Part shown: positions 48,901-61,964 of the stretch, in pieces
How positions within the stretch are numbered: position 1 is the first letter of the stretch
How the letters are laid out: each line of letters opens with the position of its first letter
Origin: Camelus dromedarius
Taxonomy: Eukaryota
Assembly: GCF_036321535.1 (NCBI RefSeq)
Contig: NC_087436.1
Span: 1 to 64,000 of the forward strand
Length of the DNA: 64,000 nt
Direction: 5' to 3'
Notes under the pieces: model-generated
Told to the model about the DNA's origin: nothing
What the model saw: the letters and a program-made list of their open reading frames with translations, nothing else
Database searches by the model: none
Made by a program: the position numbers and the translations under genes

Positions 48901-51279
48901 ACTTCATCCTTCACTGACTTGGTCTCGCTTGAGACAGGCCAGACTTTCTGAAAGAGTCCATCACATTCTGGGGGGGAACAGAACAGAAGGAAGAGTAGCA
49001 AGTAGGTGTCTAGGCAATCTGGGTTGGCAAATGCAGGCTGGGATCTGTGAAGGCTGGGCTGTGCCTTGGACACAGGCCTTTCCCGTGGCTCCCGATAGCC
49101 CAGGGGTCGGAGTGAGAACAGCCTTGCCTGGGTTCCCCCATCCTCATCTGCTCACTGGCAGGTGTGTCTGCTAACTAGGAACTGCCCCAAACCTCGGGCC
49201 CTTCAAAGTTCAGATCACAGGAGAACCTTGAGTCCCTTCTCCTGGGCCTCCTTTGTGAGAATCCAGTGCCTTCTGAGATGACCAGCGGCAGGAGATGCCT
49301 CCCCCTCCAGGGAGCTCTCTTCGGAGGACTGTGACGCACTGTACCTTGCTATGAGCTTGTGGGGTTCCATCCGTGGTCCTTGCAGAACCAGACTTGAGAC
49401 TGGCTTAACGATAGAAATGACAGGAGTGATTCCAGGGCAGGGCCGGGGGGAGGAACAGGGGAAATTGAATGTGACCTCAAACACCTAGGTGGGTTCTGGG
49501 TCTGTTACTAAAATCGGGAGCCTGGGAGGTACCTGCCAGGAATCGAACTCTAGAGTAAATGGTGGACATGAGGCATTTTTAAGATTCCATTTTTCATCCA
49601 AGTTAGGACTTCAAAGAGGCACTCGGGTCTATGGCCCTGGGGCTCATGTGAAGGAGCCGGACCACAGATACACGTTGGGAGTCATCATTCTTAGCTGGTG
49701 TTCACAGCCGTGCAGGTGGATGAGCTCATCTCGAGAGGTGCAGACTGAGGCTGAGGCGGGGCAGGGCTGTGCCTGGGTTGGAGGAAATCCCAGACCATGC
49801 AGCTTTGGTGTGTCAGTCAGTGGCGTTTGGGATTTTCAGAGCAATGGCATTTATCCTTAAGGGTCCTGGGGGTGGGCAGGGCCACCCAGGAAGAAATCTG
49901 AAGGGAGGGTTGTGGCCACGCGTGCGCGTCTTGGGATGATGCAGAGGCTGAATGGTCCGGGAGAGGAACCTCCTCGGAAGCTGGAGTCGGAGTGGGGAGT
50001 GGGGAGAAGGTAGTCACACTCACCTGTGAGGGAGGGACAGAGGCCTAGGGAGTCTCCACCCTAGCGGACTCTCTTTCCCACGAACAAAAGGCCAGCAGAC
50101 AGAAGATTTGAGGTGAGAAGGGACGGGCGCTGGGAGAGGAGCCAAAGTGGAGAATGGTGGTTGGACAGTTCTGGAATAGTCTCCCTGCAAAATAGAGTTA
50201 AAAAACCCAGACTCTTAAGAATATTGATAGTGACGTTGGAGGAGATAGTTCTTTTTCTGGCCTCCTAAATGTAAGGCATGTATCCGGGGATACACAGAAG
50301 AATCGGGCAGTCTGGTCCGGGGGCTTGACCCTTACCAGGGGGAACAATGCAAGTTTAAAGGGGGAGAAGGGCAGCGGAGGGAAACTAGCCAGGCCTCGTG
50401 TCAGGTACCAGTCGGCCACACTACTTGCGTGTTGCATTCACATCCATGTCTCCCAGGTGGGCGGTGGCAGCCCCCTTTTGCAGATTGGGAAGCCTTCTCA
50501 GAGGGGTTAAGGGATTGGTCCGTTTAGCAGCTAGTCAATGCTGTAGCAGGATTCAAGCAGGGCCTTGTCAGACTTCAAGGGCATGTTCTATCTACTAATT
50601 CCGGTACCTCCCTGTTGTACCTGGATTGGTGAATTGGGTCAGTTTTGGAGCCTTTCACAAAAAGTACGATTTAAGTGCCTCAGGACTGTTTCACAAAGCT
50701 CAGAGTTCTTTGATGGTTCAGAAGCACCGCAGTGCTTTTCGCCCCACAGAGGTAAGGTCTTACTCCTTTGACGCTGACGTGGTTGCAAATGACGTACAGG
50801 TGCAAAACCAGACTTAGCAGCTTCTGAAGGGAAACTCTCCAGTTCTCCCTTGATAGGCTTTCTTCCACGGGATGTAACCTGCTGCAGCGTAGATCTGAGC
50901 TTTCCGTATGGAGTGAGGGTTTGATATCCAAAGTTAGCAAAGAAGGGTCAGATGGAGAAAATCGACGTTAACTATTTATTTTGGGGTTTCATTAGACAAG
51001 ATGCACTATCGCTTAATGGCCCATATAACGTATGTAATTGAATACAGAATATTGCATTCCTTAATTTCTAATGAGAGCTGTCTTGCAAAGTAAGGTTGTC
51101 TGCTTTGGAACTTCAGCTTAGCCACTAGGGCGCCTGTCAGTGTGTTGGTGTGATTGTATTTACACAGTGCATGTAATCTGGGCTTCCTCAGCCCCAAACA
51201 CTCTAGTGCAGAATCATAGGCTGTAGCCATCACTTAGTTACACAAATACTTCTACAGCTATATGATACAAAAAAAAAAA

Positions 51280-51315
<36 letters not shown>

Positions 51316-52492
51316 CTTTATCAAAGTTCCTTTGATTTTAACTGCAAACTGTTGTTGAGCAGCTCTGGTTTCCTTTGGATATGAATATGTACATTTCTTT
51401 GCATGTAACTTGGATTTTAGACTAGAACACCAACCTCTTGCTTTCCATGAGCCACAAAACTCATAGCCAAATGACATACGTATGAAATATTTTATTCTTT
51501 TCTTCTGAGACAGAATCCTTGAATCTGGGACTTGGGCTGTGATTTTGCTTTTTGCTCTTCCCACCCCTCTTGTCGTCTCACTCCTTTTTCCCACGTGGCC
51601 TCCAAGATGTCATGGTCTCCGAGGAGCAGGTGGACAAACACCAGTTGGTCGCCAAGCAGTCCTGCTGTAGAGGGAGCCCAGCCAAGAGCTAAAGGACATC
51701 ATCAGAGAGGGCTTCCTTGAAGAAATGGGCTCTACATTCAGTTATGAGGACAGAGTAAGAGTCAGCCAAGAGAAGGAATCAAGAGGGTGACTCAGGTGGC
51801 AGGAGCAGCCCGGGTAGAGGCCTGGAGGATTGTGGGGTGGGGACTCGGGGAGAGTGCACTGTGTGGTCCAGGGTGGAGGGTGCCCCTGCTTGGGAGGACC
51901 CTGGAGTGGGCCTAGGGTTGGAGGTTTTGGAGGAGCTTGCTTTTTTACTAGAACTGACACAGAAGAGGCAGTGAAGTGTGTCAGCAGAAAGTGACCCTCA
52001 GGAGAGGTACTCCTGGTTTTGTTTCTGATGTTCTACAGAAAGAAGGGGTCGGGGTGGGCGAGAGCAACTCTGCCCGTCCCTTTGAGACCCACCCCTTCAT
52101 TCATTTATTCATAACACATGCAATTCTGAGTGTCCAGGGGAGAGAGGGTGGACTCACAGTAGTAAGAAAAATGTATTGCTTCTTGAGAGCTTAGCAGTGT
52201 CAGAAGTTGTCTTAGCGTAGAATGTTCTAGGAACACAGCAGGGGCACCTAACCCAAAGGGCAGAGGTTCGAGGGAAGGAAGGCTTCCTTGACAAACCGTC
52301 AAAATGAGCCTGGAGGCAAGTGGGAAGTAGCAGCAGGTCAGGGGGCACCTGAGGTCATTGTGGACCTGGGTACTGTGGTGAAGGTGGGCGAGCAGGGTCG
52401 GGGGTGGGGCTAGAACTCTACCAGGGAGCCTCTGAAGGGTTTGAAGTGGGGGTGATGTAATCAAATTTGTGCTTTGGGAAGGCTGTCCTGGC

Positions 52493-52539
52493 TGTGTGTG
52501 TGTGTGTGTGTTGTGTGTGTGTGTGTGTGTGTGTGTGTG
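52493..52539. repeat. (TG)n microsatellite; others at 61479-61510 (TG)n, 51282-51310 (GA)n, 53603-53641 poly-T
   Basis: Directly visible. Confidence 0.95.
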
Positions 52540-53600
52540 AAGTGGGGAAGAGGGGGAGAGTGCCAGCAACTGGGAGGGTCATTAGAAGACCATTGACAGG
52601 CTGGGGGGCCACCAGTGGGAGAGGGGCGTCGGGGCTGCTTGGGGACGGCAGGGGCAGTGTGGATGCCGGATTTCCTCATGGGGAGGGCTTATTAACTGTG
52701 ACCCCCTAGCGGCACCTTGTGGCTGGAAGAAAACGGATGCAGCCAGGTGGACTTTTCTCTTCTTCCCTGCCTTGTGTGATGATCTTAGCTCAGCCAACAT
52801 TTGGAACAGAAGAGCTAAGTTTCAGGGTAGTCCAGGACTTTGATGAGCTCGTTCGAGTGAGATCTGATAGGATTTAGGCTTGTGTTGAGATCTGCATGTT
52901 CACTTAGCTAGAAACGTCCCGTCTTTTGGATTTCCATAGGGGTATTTATTCTTGATAAAGATTGCTTTCTTGGTGAGAGGAAATTTAATACAGCTGCTGT
53001 CTTTCTCAAAAAAAAATCTTATCTTTTAAGAAATTTAATATTCAAAAGAATAGCAAAATTTAAAAATGATAAAGTAAGGCTTTGGTGTAGTTTCTTTGGA
53101 TTCTGAGTTAATGTAGAGTTAGAGCCTTTGCATTACTTAAATAGCACATCCTTGTCAGTATTTAAAGAGCTGTTAGTGAGCGCCCCAGGCCCCACTTCTC
53201 AAAGCATCATTAAATCTTGCTCTGAAATACTGAAGTCATAAAGTTCTTGTTGGCAGAAGCCAAACAGTTGGTTTATAATTTGCAGCATAGCACCCTTTAT
53301 AAAATAATAATAGGTTCAAAATTAAGAAAGTGGAAGATAACTGATTTTTTTAAAGCTGAAATATAAACTCTCTTGTGTTAATGTTGCAACTGGAAATTTC
53401 AAAAAAAAAATCCTACTGTAATATCATCTACGTGGAATACATATATGTCTATCACGTTTGCAACGTAACTGCGCAGTGGTTTTTGAAGACAGGACCATTC
53501 CAGCTGAGATACTGGCAGTGATGCTTGCTGGTTTTCAATGGAAAACCCTAAATTTGCCTACTTAGCTTTATTCTTTTCTTTTCTGTTCTCTCTCTCTCTA

Positions 53601-53642
<42 letters not shown>

Positions 53643-53746
53643 TAGTGAGAGGGCTCAGTAGTGCTCTGCCAGCATGATTTTGGGGCAATTTGGGGGCAGA
53701 TATCGTGCACAAGCAGTGAGATATTTCCATGCATTTTACTTTCCGG

Positions 53747-53868
53747 ACATCACCATGGAACATGTGGGGGTTTGTGCCTGCAGGCCGGGATGCTGCAGGA
53801 CTCCCTGGTCCATCACCGTTATGTCTTGGAGCTGCTCCAGTCAGTGAATGACTTTCTGTGGCTTGGAG
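53747..53868 (+). pseudogene. TRAPPC9: TRAPPC9 next coding exon, degenerate
   Basis: [32 protein letters not shown]|gtaag against human [33 protein letters not shown]. Acceptor AG>GG; 5' deletion removes the KKRCQGRMR region. Confidence 0.93.
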
Positions 53869-54224
53869 GTAAGGTGATCTGATGCAGATGATCAGATGTG
53901 TAAAAAGTACTGTTACTTGAAATAGAAAACCTATCAAAAATGGCTCTAAAATACAGGATGAAGGAGGAGAAATGGCTGAGCTGCTTGCATGGGGAATATT
54001 CTCAGGTGACTCCCTCATTGTGTCTCCTGTCAATCCCCCCACCCAGCCCTGCACGGCAGTCATGCTGAAGCAAGCATGCACTTTCTCAGAAACACGCTGA
54101 ATTTCCTTGTGCCTCTGTTTGTTGGCTTTTTTTTTTTTTCAAAGCACATCTTGCCCTTTGTTTAATGCCATCCCTGCCTAGTCACCTCTTACACTCATTC
54201 TTCTGGACCTCGTCCGTACAAAGC

Positions 54225-54750
54225 TGCTGAATGGATGAACAGAATGTAGTATCTCCATGTAGTGGAACATTATTCAGACGTAAGAGTGAATAAAAAAGAA
54301 AAAATAAATAAAGGGGAATATGAAAAAGCCACCTGCTCTGGGAAGTCCACCCTGACTGCTCAACCCGCCCTTTTCCCTTTGAAACCCAATCACTTATGCT
54401 CCTCTCTACTCTTTTTGATAGTACTTACCACCTTCTAATAAACTTTAACACTTTCAAAAAAAAAAAAAAGAGAGAGATGCTGATACCACTTCAACATGGA
54501 CGAGCCTTCATAACAGCACGTTAAGTGAAAGGAAGCAGACACAAACGGCCACATATTGTTGACTTCAGTGATCTGAAATGCTCAGAATAGGCACATGCAG
54601 AGGCAGGGAGCAGGTGATGGTTGCAAGGGGATGGGTGGAGGGGGCTTGGGGAGTGAATGCTAGTGACAGGGGTGTTCTTCTGGGGTGATGAAGTGTTCTG
54701 GAAATAGATGGTGGTGAGGGCTGCACAACCGTGAGTGTGCAGAAAACTGC
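54225..54750 (+). mobile_element. L1MB-like 3' end fragments
   Basis: gctgaatggatgaacagaatgtagtat...caacatggacgagcctt...cacatattgt...ttctggggtgatgaagtgttctggaaatagatggtggtga. Confidence 0.75.
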
Positions 54751-55820
54751 TGAGCGCTGTCTCTGGGAGTGCCTGTGGTTGGGGGCGGATTTATTTTGTT
54801 CTCATCCGTGAAGAGTCATCTTGTGCTGAGGCCATTCTACTCCTGTGAGTGGTGAGGCTCAGAGACTTTGCAGAGTCATGTGTTATTTTCCCCCTTGCTG
54901 AGTGTAAGCAAAAAATTTTTAAGCCTGAGGAAGTGCTCTATCTGCAGAAATGTCTTTGAGTTTTGCATGGTGTAAAAATCTTGAGAGATTTTTAATCGTT
55001 GAGGAGAGCCTGTGGGGGGAAACAGCCCGTGAAGCCTGGGTGACACTGGGAAGAGCCGCGCTTCCATCCCTGACAGGGGTGGGGATTTCACCCCCGTTCA
55101 GGCAGTGAAGGGCCCAGACCCGTGAGCGGAGTTGACAATCGTGAATATTTACGTGTATCCGCTGCTTCATCTTGGATATTAATTTCAAGCTGAGTCAGTT
55201 TGTGGCGGCAGCCTCATCCTACATCAGGAATCTATACTATCTGCTCTTTGAGGTGAAGACCTGACAGACTTGATTATTTAACAGTCTCCCTTGAATTGAT
55301 ATCTCAGATTCCTTTGTCAATAGTAAAACAGCAGAAATATAGACGTCCTTTTATGCCGATGTGACCTGGAGCAGGTTTAGTCTCTGTGCCTCAGTGGCCT
55401 TATCTGCGGGTGGGGAAGATGATAACAGTGCTTCCCTCAGAGGGGCTGGTGAGGGGAGAGGGAGGAGCACAAAGGGAGGACTTACACGAGATACTCATGA
55501 ATGACAAAATTTAGTGCTCTCAGCCTGGTGAGGCCTCAGGGCCGAGATGGCCGAACAGAGCAGTCCTAGCCGGAGCTCGATCCGTGTTGGCAGCTGTTAT
55601 GATCAGTATCACCACTGTGGGTTATCAGGCAGTTTTAAGACTTGGTAATAGGAATTCATGAGTAATGTTAAAAGATTAGACAACTCAGATCCGGTTTACA
55701 TAGTTCTCAAGATTTCCTATGAGAAATGGATATTTTTCCCCCATCTTTAATCTGAGTTGAGTCTCTAAACAACTTCTGTATTCCTCCAAATTTTATTTAA
55801 TTCTCCATTTCTTGAAAAAA

Positions 55821-55908
55821 AAGTCTTTAAATGGAGTTACTGGTGTCTGAACTGAGGGTCTCATGCATGCTGAGCACATACTCTCTCAAGTGAGGTATAA
55901 TCTCCCCC
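55821..55908 (-). mobile_element. tRNA-derived SINE (Vic-1 type), diverged
   Basis: gaactgagggtctcatgcatgctgagcacatactct...tataatctcccc. Confidence 0.7.
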
Positions 55909-58900
55909 GTGATTTTTTTAAACTTTTCTTTCTTAGTATTCAGAGATTAGAGGCCTCTAATTCTTTTTCTGGAGACATGTCCATGAACCTGTAAATCTAT
56001 AATTAGTGGACAAAATTTGGTTTATTAAAAAATTCTATAAAACATTCTGCAATCCTTTCAAAAGTAAATGCTCATTGACATAAAATGTTTCTCCTTTATG
56101 GTGATTTCTAATTTTTTGTCTGCCTTAACTTATTAAAAGTAATCCTCATCATCATAATGACCAAGCTTGCTCTGAGTGGACACCTCCCTAAGGCTAAAAT
56201 GCTTTCCTCATATTTTACCTCATAGCAGGTGTTTAAGGGTAGGCATCAGTGTCTCCTTTTTTGCAGCTGAGGGATTGAGAAATGGGGCAGCTTGTCCAAA
56301 ATCTCACACAGCTGGCGCTGGCAGACTCAGGGCTGGAACCCAGGCTGCACAGGATGCTTTCTCAATGTCTCCTCTGATCAGCCCCGTGTTGAGTGGTTTC
56401 CCGAACTCCTGTGAGTCCATAAGTGAACGATTTTAGCGGTCTCAGTTTGATGAAGCCTTCAAAGGAGAGACACCAGTGAGAATGTGAGACAGAGTGGCAT
56501 AAATTGAAATTGTACATTTTCACAAATGTTGCATTCTCAGGCAATGGCTTAAAAAGTTTATATTTTTTTATTTTAGTGCTCTGTAAACACTAAAAACAAA
56601 ATATTAAAAATGATTATAGTGCAAAATAGGAGTGGGCTTTGAAAGTCCAACCATTGCTAATGATGTTGCTTGTTTTTCTCTAGTGGTGCTTATTGACAGA
56701 AAAATTTACAAAGACTGAATTGGTTCTATGTAGTCTTAGTATGGAGGAAAGTTTTGTCAGTGAATATTGTAAGTAAAATCTTTACTCTTTTCTTTCCTGT
56801 TGATGAATATGTAAGTTGTTTTCATGGCTTAAGTACATTTCCTCATTTGTGAAATTTGAGTGATGCCGTTTACCTTGTTTGACTGTGAGATGTAGACGCC
56901 TTGTATACGAAGCACCCAAGAGCTGCTTAGTAAAAATATGCTGTCACAAGGACAGATAGTTTAGAAGGATCAACTCTGAATACTAAAGAGGGTGGCTTGT
57001 TTCTGATGCATATTCAATATGCATATATATGAATATATGAATATGGCTTAAAGTAACAAGGATTCAGGGTTTTGTGTGTGTGTGCAGTATGAAGGTTTAA
57101 TGAAATCTGTATCATTCTAGTGAGACAGGGACTAGTTAAATCACCTTAAGCAGATGGCCTTGAAGATTATTTACACAGAATGTGTGTTGTTACAACTCAG
57201 AATTCATGTTGCCGTGTAACCATCCACTCAGACATTTAAATTCGTAGAAATCTGACCAGAACTATTAAGTTTAGAAAAATCCACATTGATTATTTTAAGG
57301 GAATAAGCTTCTTTCTTTTGTGATTAAAGAAATTTTGATTTATTTTTCTGCATGCTTAATAGGTTTTAAAATATCAAAACATTGATTTGACATGTCACTT
57401 TTTTTAATAGAATAAAGCTCATGCTGTTTTAATGTGCAAATAAAAGTTTTTGTATTTCAATACACTTGTATGATTTCCCTGGCTCTTTGAGAAGTATTTT
57501 GCAAGATACTTAGATTACCTACTGTTGGAAAAATACAGACGTGACTTTTATGAATAGAGGTCTAGTACAGATCTGTTGGTTTTTGCTACAGTGCATGACA
57601 TGAGGCCTAGGAGAGAGAGCTTTGCTGCTGATTGCCGGAAGGACAGATCCCAGATCTCAGTCTCCCCTCCTGTAAAATGAAGTGGCTGGACTGGATTCTT
57701 TCCTCTTCTAAGATGTGTTTCCATGAGCCTGTGTCTTTTGTTTATATTCAAGAGTATTAGCAATGTCAGATTAAATACTGAATACCCCTCCCTTCCCCGA
57801 AGCAAACTGCAGTATGTGCTACATAAGCTTTTAGTTATCTGATTCTTGTTTCTGATTCAACAAGCAATTTTTGTGTTGCATCTTTCCCGGCAACCTGGAA
57901 GGTCTTTTTAGCCATAGGAGGCGCTGTTGCACCTTCATACATTCTTAATTTTCCTGTTTGTAAAAGAAGGCTTAACAAATATTTTTTTGCTTTGATTCCT
58001 TTGCTTAGTGCTTCAGAATAGCACAATGTCCATTATGTCTGTCTACCTGGAAAAATTATTCTGCCTATATCTTTGTTTTATTCTGTCATCTCGCTGTGAA
58101 CATTTCAGACTTGCTGTGCAACAATGGCAAAATCGGTCTTTTATTCCAGTGTTAGCAACCAGTGAGCCGGGATTTTATAAAGCAGCTAGAAGCGGCCTCT
58201 TGAGCACCTTAAAGCTGAAAAGTGTACTGAGTTCCCTGAGTATTGACCCAGCCGCTGTGTGTCATTTGGTGGGAGGTGATTTTGTACATAGAAGAAGGGG
58301 TGTAGTGATTTGACTTGGGTTTGCGTGCACACGCTGTCACTGAGCCACGTGAGCCTGAGTCAGTTTGTTCTGAGTTTCTCCCTCGTCTGTGAGATGGGGA
58401 TGCTCGTATATGCTTTGCAGAATTGTGAGAATTAGAAATTATGTAAATTGTTTAGCACAGTGGGAATGTCAAAGGGCTCATAAAGTTTAGCTCCTGTTTT
58501 GTATGAAGCCATCATTTTACAGTCTTTGGCAATTACTAAGAAACAGGAAAATAAGAAAAGCTGGTTTTATGATGAAAGATATTTGAGGAGGTTCCATAGT
58601 TCCTATACCCATAATTTAGCATCAGCAAAGTCAGGACCGTTACACAGTCGCCCTGAACCAACGTTAAGCCACAGAATTTTTTGGTACTTCATATATATTG
58701 GGGCTTAAGTGGACCCAATACTTATACACATGTTTTCTCCAGCAGCCAACTGAGAGATGACACAGAAGAACAGACAGGCGATAAATGTCTCCTTTATTAC
58801 TGATGAAGCCACGTTCTCCATGAAATTCAGGGCTGTGGGAAAATGCATGTCATGATACTGTGTCCCAGAATTAGAGACTCACGCAGTCCCAGGTAACTCT

Positions 58901-60960
58901 GGGCCACAGCGAGCCTTCCCTTAAGATGATCTGCCCCATCCTGCACAGGGCTGCCCTGCCATGGAGCTGAGCATCCCGGGTGCTTCCCAAGGGTGGCCAA
59001 CACTGGAGGGAAAGGAAAGGTTTCATATGCCCTGCTTGTCTCTCCGGACTCACACCTCAATCTGTTATTGTGAAGAGTGCTAGCCGTTGGCCAGGGGTCA
59101 GGGGTGTGAAGGGGGAAGCACTCTCCATGGACCAGAGGAGTGTGGAGGAGGCATCCCTTCTCTCAGTTTAAACAGGTGGTGAGATGCAAGAGAAGGGTGC
59201 TCTCCAAGAGTTTATAAGAGGGGAAATAAGGATTTCCTTTGGGACTCAGACTAGCCATGAAACACAGAAGATGATTAGTAGGGAGACTTGTAAATCACTT
59301 TCTTATTAAATTCACATTTGTTGAGCACCAAAAATGTGCTACATTCTTTTCTGAGCGTTTTACAGAAATGAATCCTTCAATCTTCACAACAAGTGAGTAA
59401 GGGAGATTTGATTGTTATCCCAGGTTTACAATGTGGAAATTGAGGCACGGAGAGAGTAAGTTGGCCAAGGTCACAGAGCTAGTAAGTGGCAGAGCTGGTA
59501 TTTAAACCCTGGCTGTCTGGTTTCCAGGCTCCCAGGGATGGGCTTTGGGTGTTTAGAGGTATCTGCATCCCTGGATCTCTGTACCTCTGTGCATCACTTA
59601 GCCCAGAAAGGACAGGGAAAGGAGAGTTACACAGGTGCTCACAGTCGTGTCTCAGCCACTGTCCACGGACAGTGCACCGTGATTGGCGTTAAATGTCTTC
59701 TGGGCAGCAGATCTGTTCGTATAACAGAAATTTAGTCCATTGAGTTAATCTAGAAACCCTTCCTGCTCTGCTTCTGTCCATGGTTTCCATGTGACTGCCT
59801 GCCCGTGATTGGGCCGTTGAGGAGAATCTGTACTCATAGTTGAACTCTGATATTTCAGTCTGGTTCGTAGTTTCACATCTCCTGTTACATTAATAAATTC
59901 AATTTCTGGTTTCTTTGCATCAGTCTCTCATGAGTTTGGTTAATGTGACATCAGTCCATGGGAGCCTAGTGTTGCTGACGGTATATTTTCTGAGCACGTT
60001 GTGGCACTTCTACCCGTGTGGACCTGGGTGGAAGATTTCCGCCTTCCGCACTTATTTTCCCGAACAGCAGGGTCCTCTCCCACCCCCGGATGTGAGGCTG
60101 GGAGCTCTCAGAGTAGGCCAGTCAGAGGCCAAGTCCACAAATCAGAAAATAATGAAGTCCTTGGAAGTGGGTTTAATAGAAAAAAAGGGCTTCCAGGTAT
60201 TCCGATGGGCTGTTCGAGTCCATTTGGTGAAAAGCTATCCACTGTTACTGGTTGAGCTGCTTCTTTGCTGTTGAAAAGTCTGGATTACATGGAGGGATTT
60301 TAAAAAGCAGAAAGGTGTGATTTCATGTGGTACATCCACACCGGTGAGTAGTGATGGATGACCGCCTGTGTGAGGCATAGACAGAGTCTTACAAACTTCA
60401 TAAAACAGCTTTAAAAGCTCTGCCATCTGAGTGCACTTCATATGGGGTCCAATTCATGACTGGGCATGCTGAGAGGGCAAATAATTGATAATGGCAGAAA
60501 GGACACAGAGGCATCAAAAAGGTCTCAGTCATGTTCCCTGTTTAAAGGATGTGGCACAATGTAATATATTTGAGCTGGTTCTTCACTGAACAGTTTTGAG
60601 TGTTTTCTGGGACTCCCCAGTGCACCAAGGTTCCGTGCAGCTGGGTGTCCCCTCAGTGCAGCTCTGTCAGCGCTCATCCTGGGCTGACGTGGTGTCACGG
60701 GGAGCAGGACAGTCAGCGTCCCCGGCTCCTCCGAGCTCCGTTTCTTCATCCGCAATGCTGGGTTTCTCTTCGGTGTCTACTTAGTAGGGTTGCTGAGAAT
60801 CACACGTGATGGTTGTCAGGGGCGATTTGTGGTTGTCTCTGTGATTGTCATATAGTGAATATTTGATAGAAACTCTTGTTTTTTATTAAAATTATGGCTC
60901 CTAGATTGCAGTGGTTTTTAGTCTGCATTTACTCTTTTTATAAATTTATTCTTATTTTTA

Positions 60961-61065
60961 AATAAGCACTTATTTTTATTTATTTTTATGAAGGAACTGG
61001 GGACTGAAGCCAGCACATTGTGCATGCTAAGCAGGTGTTCTACAACTGAGTAATACAGACCCTCC
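60961..61065 (-). mobile_element. tRNA-derived SINE (Vic-1 type), diverged
   Basis: ggaactggggactgaagccagcacattgtgcatgctaagcaggtgttctacaactgag. Confidence 0.75.
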
Positions 61066-61476
61066 TTGTCTGAACTTAAAAATAAATATTTCAATACACA
61101 AAATAGCTCTTAAACCCCATCATGGGCCTATTTTCTGTATAGACAATTGAATACATATGCTAATTCAATAAGAATAAATGTTGTTGGGACATAATTTCTG
61201 AATCTGTTTATGTGTTTAAAAACGATCATAGGTAGTGATAAACACGAGTCTTGGATCCACTACTTAGGGTCTGTTTTGCCATCATGGGAAATTATATTTT
61301 ACAGAGAAGGCTAATTGGGTCTCGTTGATATTTGGATGATTTAGCAGATGATGAAGGCTTTCAAAAGCTGACAGTTTTGTATTTTAAACTAACTACAAAG
61401 TTATCTTCTATAAATTGGAAGTCCTCAGCTTGTGAATTGCCCAGTAATTCAGTGTGTACATGTCTGTGTCTCTGTG

Positions 61477-61511
<35 letters not shown>

Positions 61512-61937
61512 TTTCAGGAAGGTAGAAATAAGTTCCATATAGCCTTCTGATACCTTTCTCTTCCAGTTCAAGGTGTAGGCATATATTTATACAAATAAAT
61601 TGATACTCTTTTGTCATTTGGCATATTGGTGGGTATAAAAGTTTCTCATACTTGTTTCAGAAGGGTTGGGGAGAATGAGCTTAGAAAATAGGAGGAGATA
61701 GAGGCAGGAAGGTTCTTTACACTTTGTGCAGGATGAGAAAGAGTAGCTTTTCTTTTTTCTACTAAAGCAAACTGGCACTGAATTGTAACATACTATTACT
61801 CAGAATTGCTTTTCTGATCAGATACGAGTGCCTCAGATTTTTCAAGGCGACATGAATGATGAAATGTGTTTTAGCAATTATCTTTAAATGTAGTTTTATT
61901 TTTTAAGTAAAAGGCTATAGCCTGTTCTTTCTTCCAG

Positions 61938-61964
61938 CGTTACAAGAAGTTCCCATTGATCCAG
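61938..61964 (+). pseudogene. TRAPPC9: TRAPPC9 27-nt micro-exon homolog
   Basis: ttctttcttccag|CGTTACAAGAAGTTCCCATTGATCCAG|gtacat gives (A)LQEVPIDP(G), against human AQEVLIDPG. Both splice sites intact; correct order and strand relative to the upstream exons. Confidence 0.8.
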
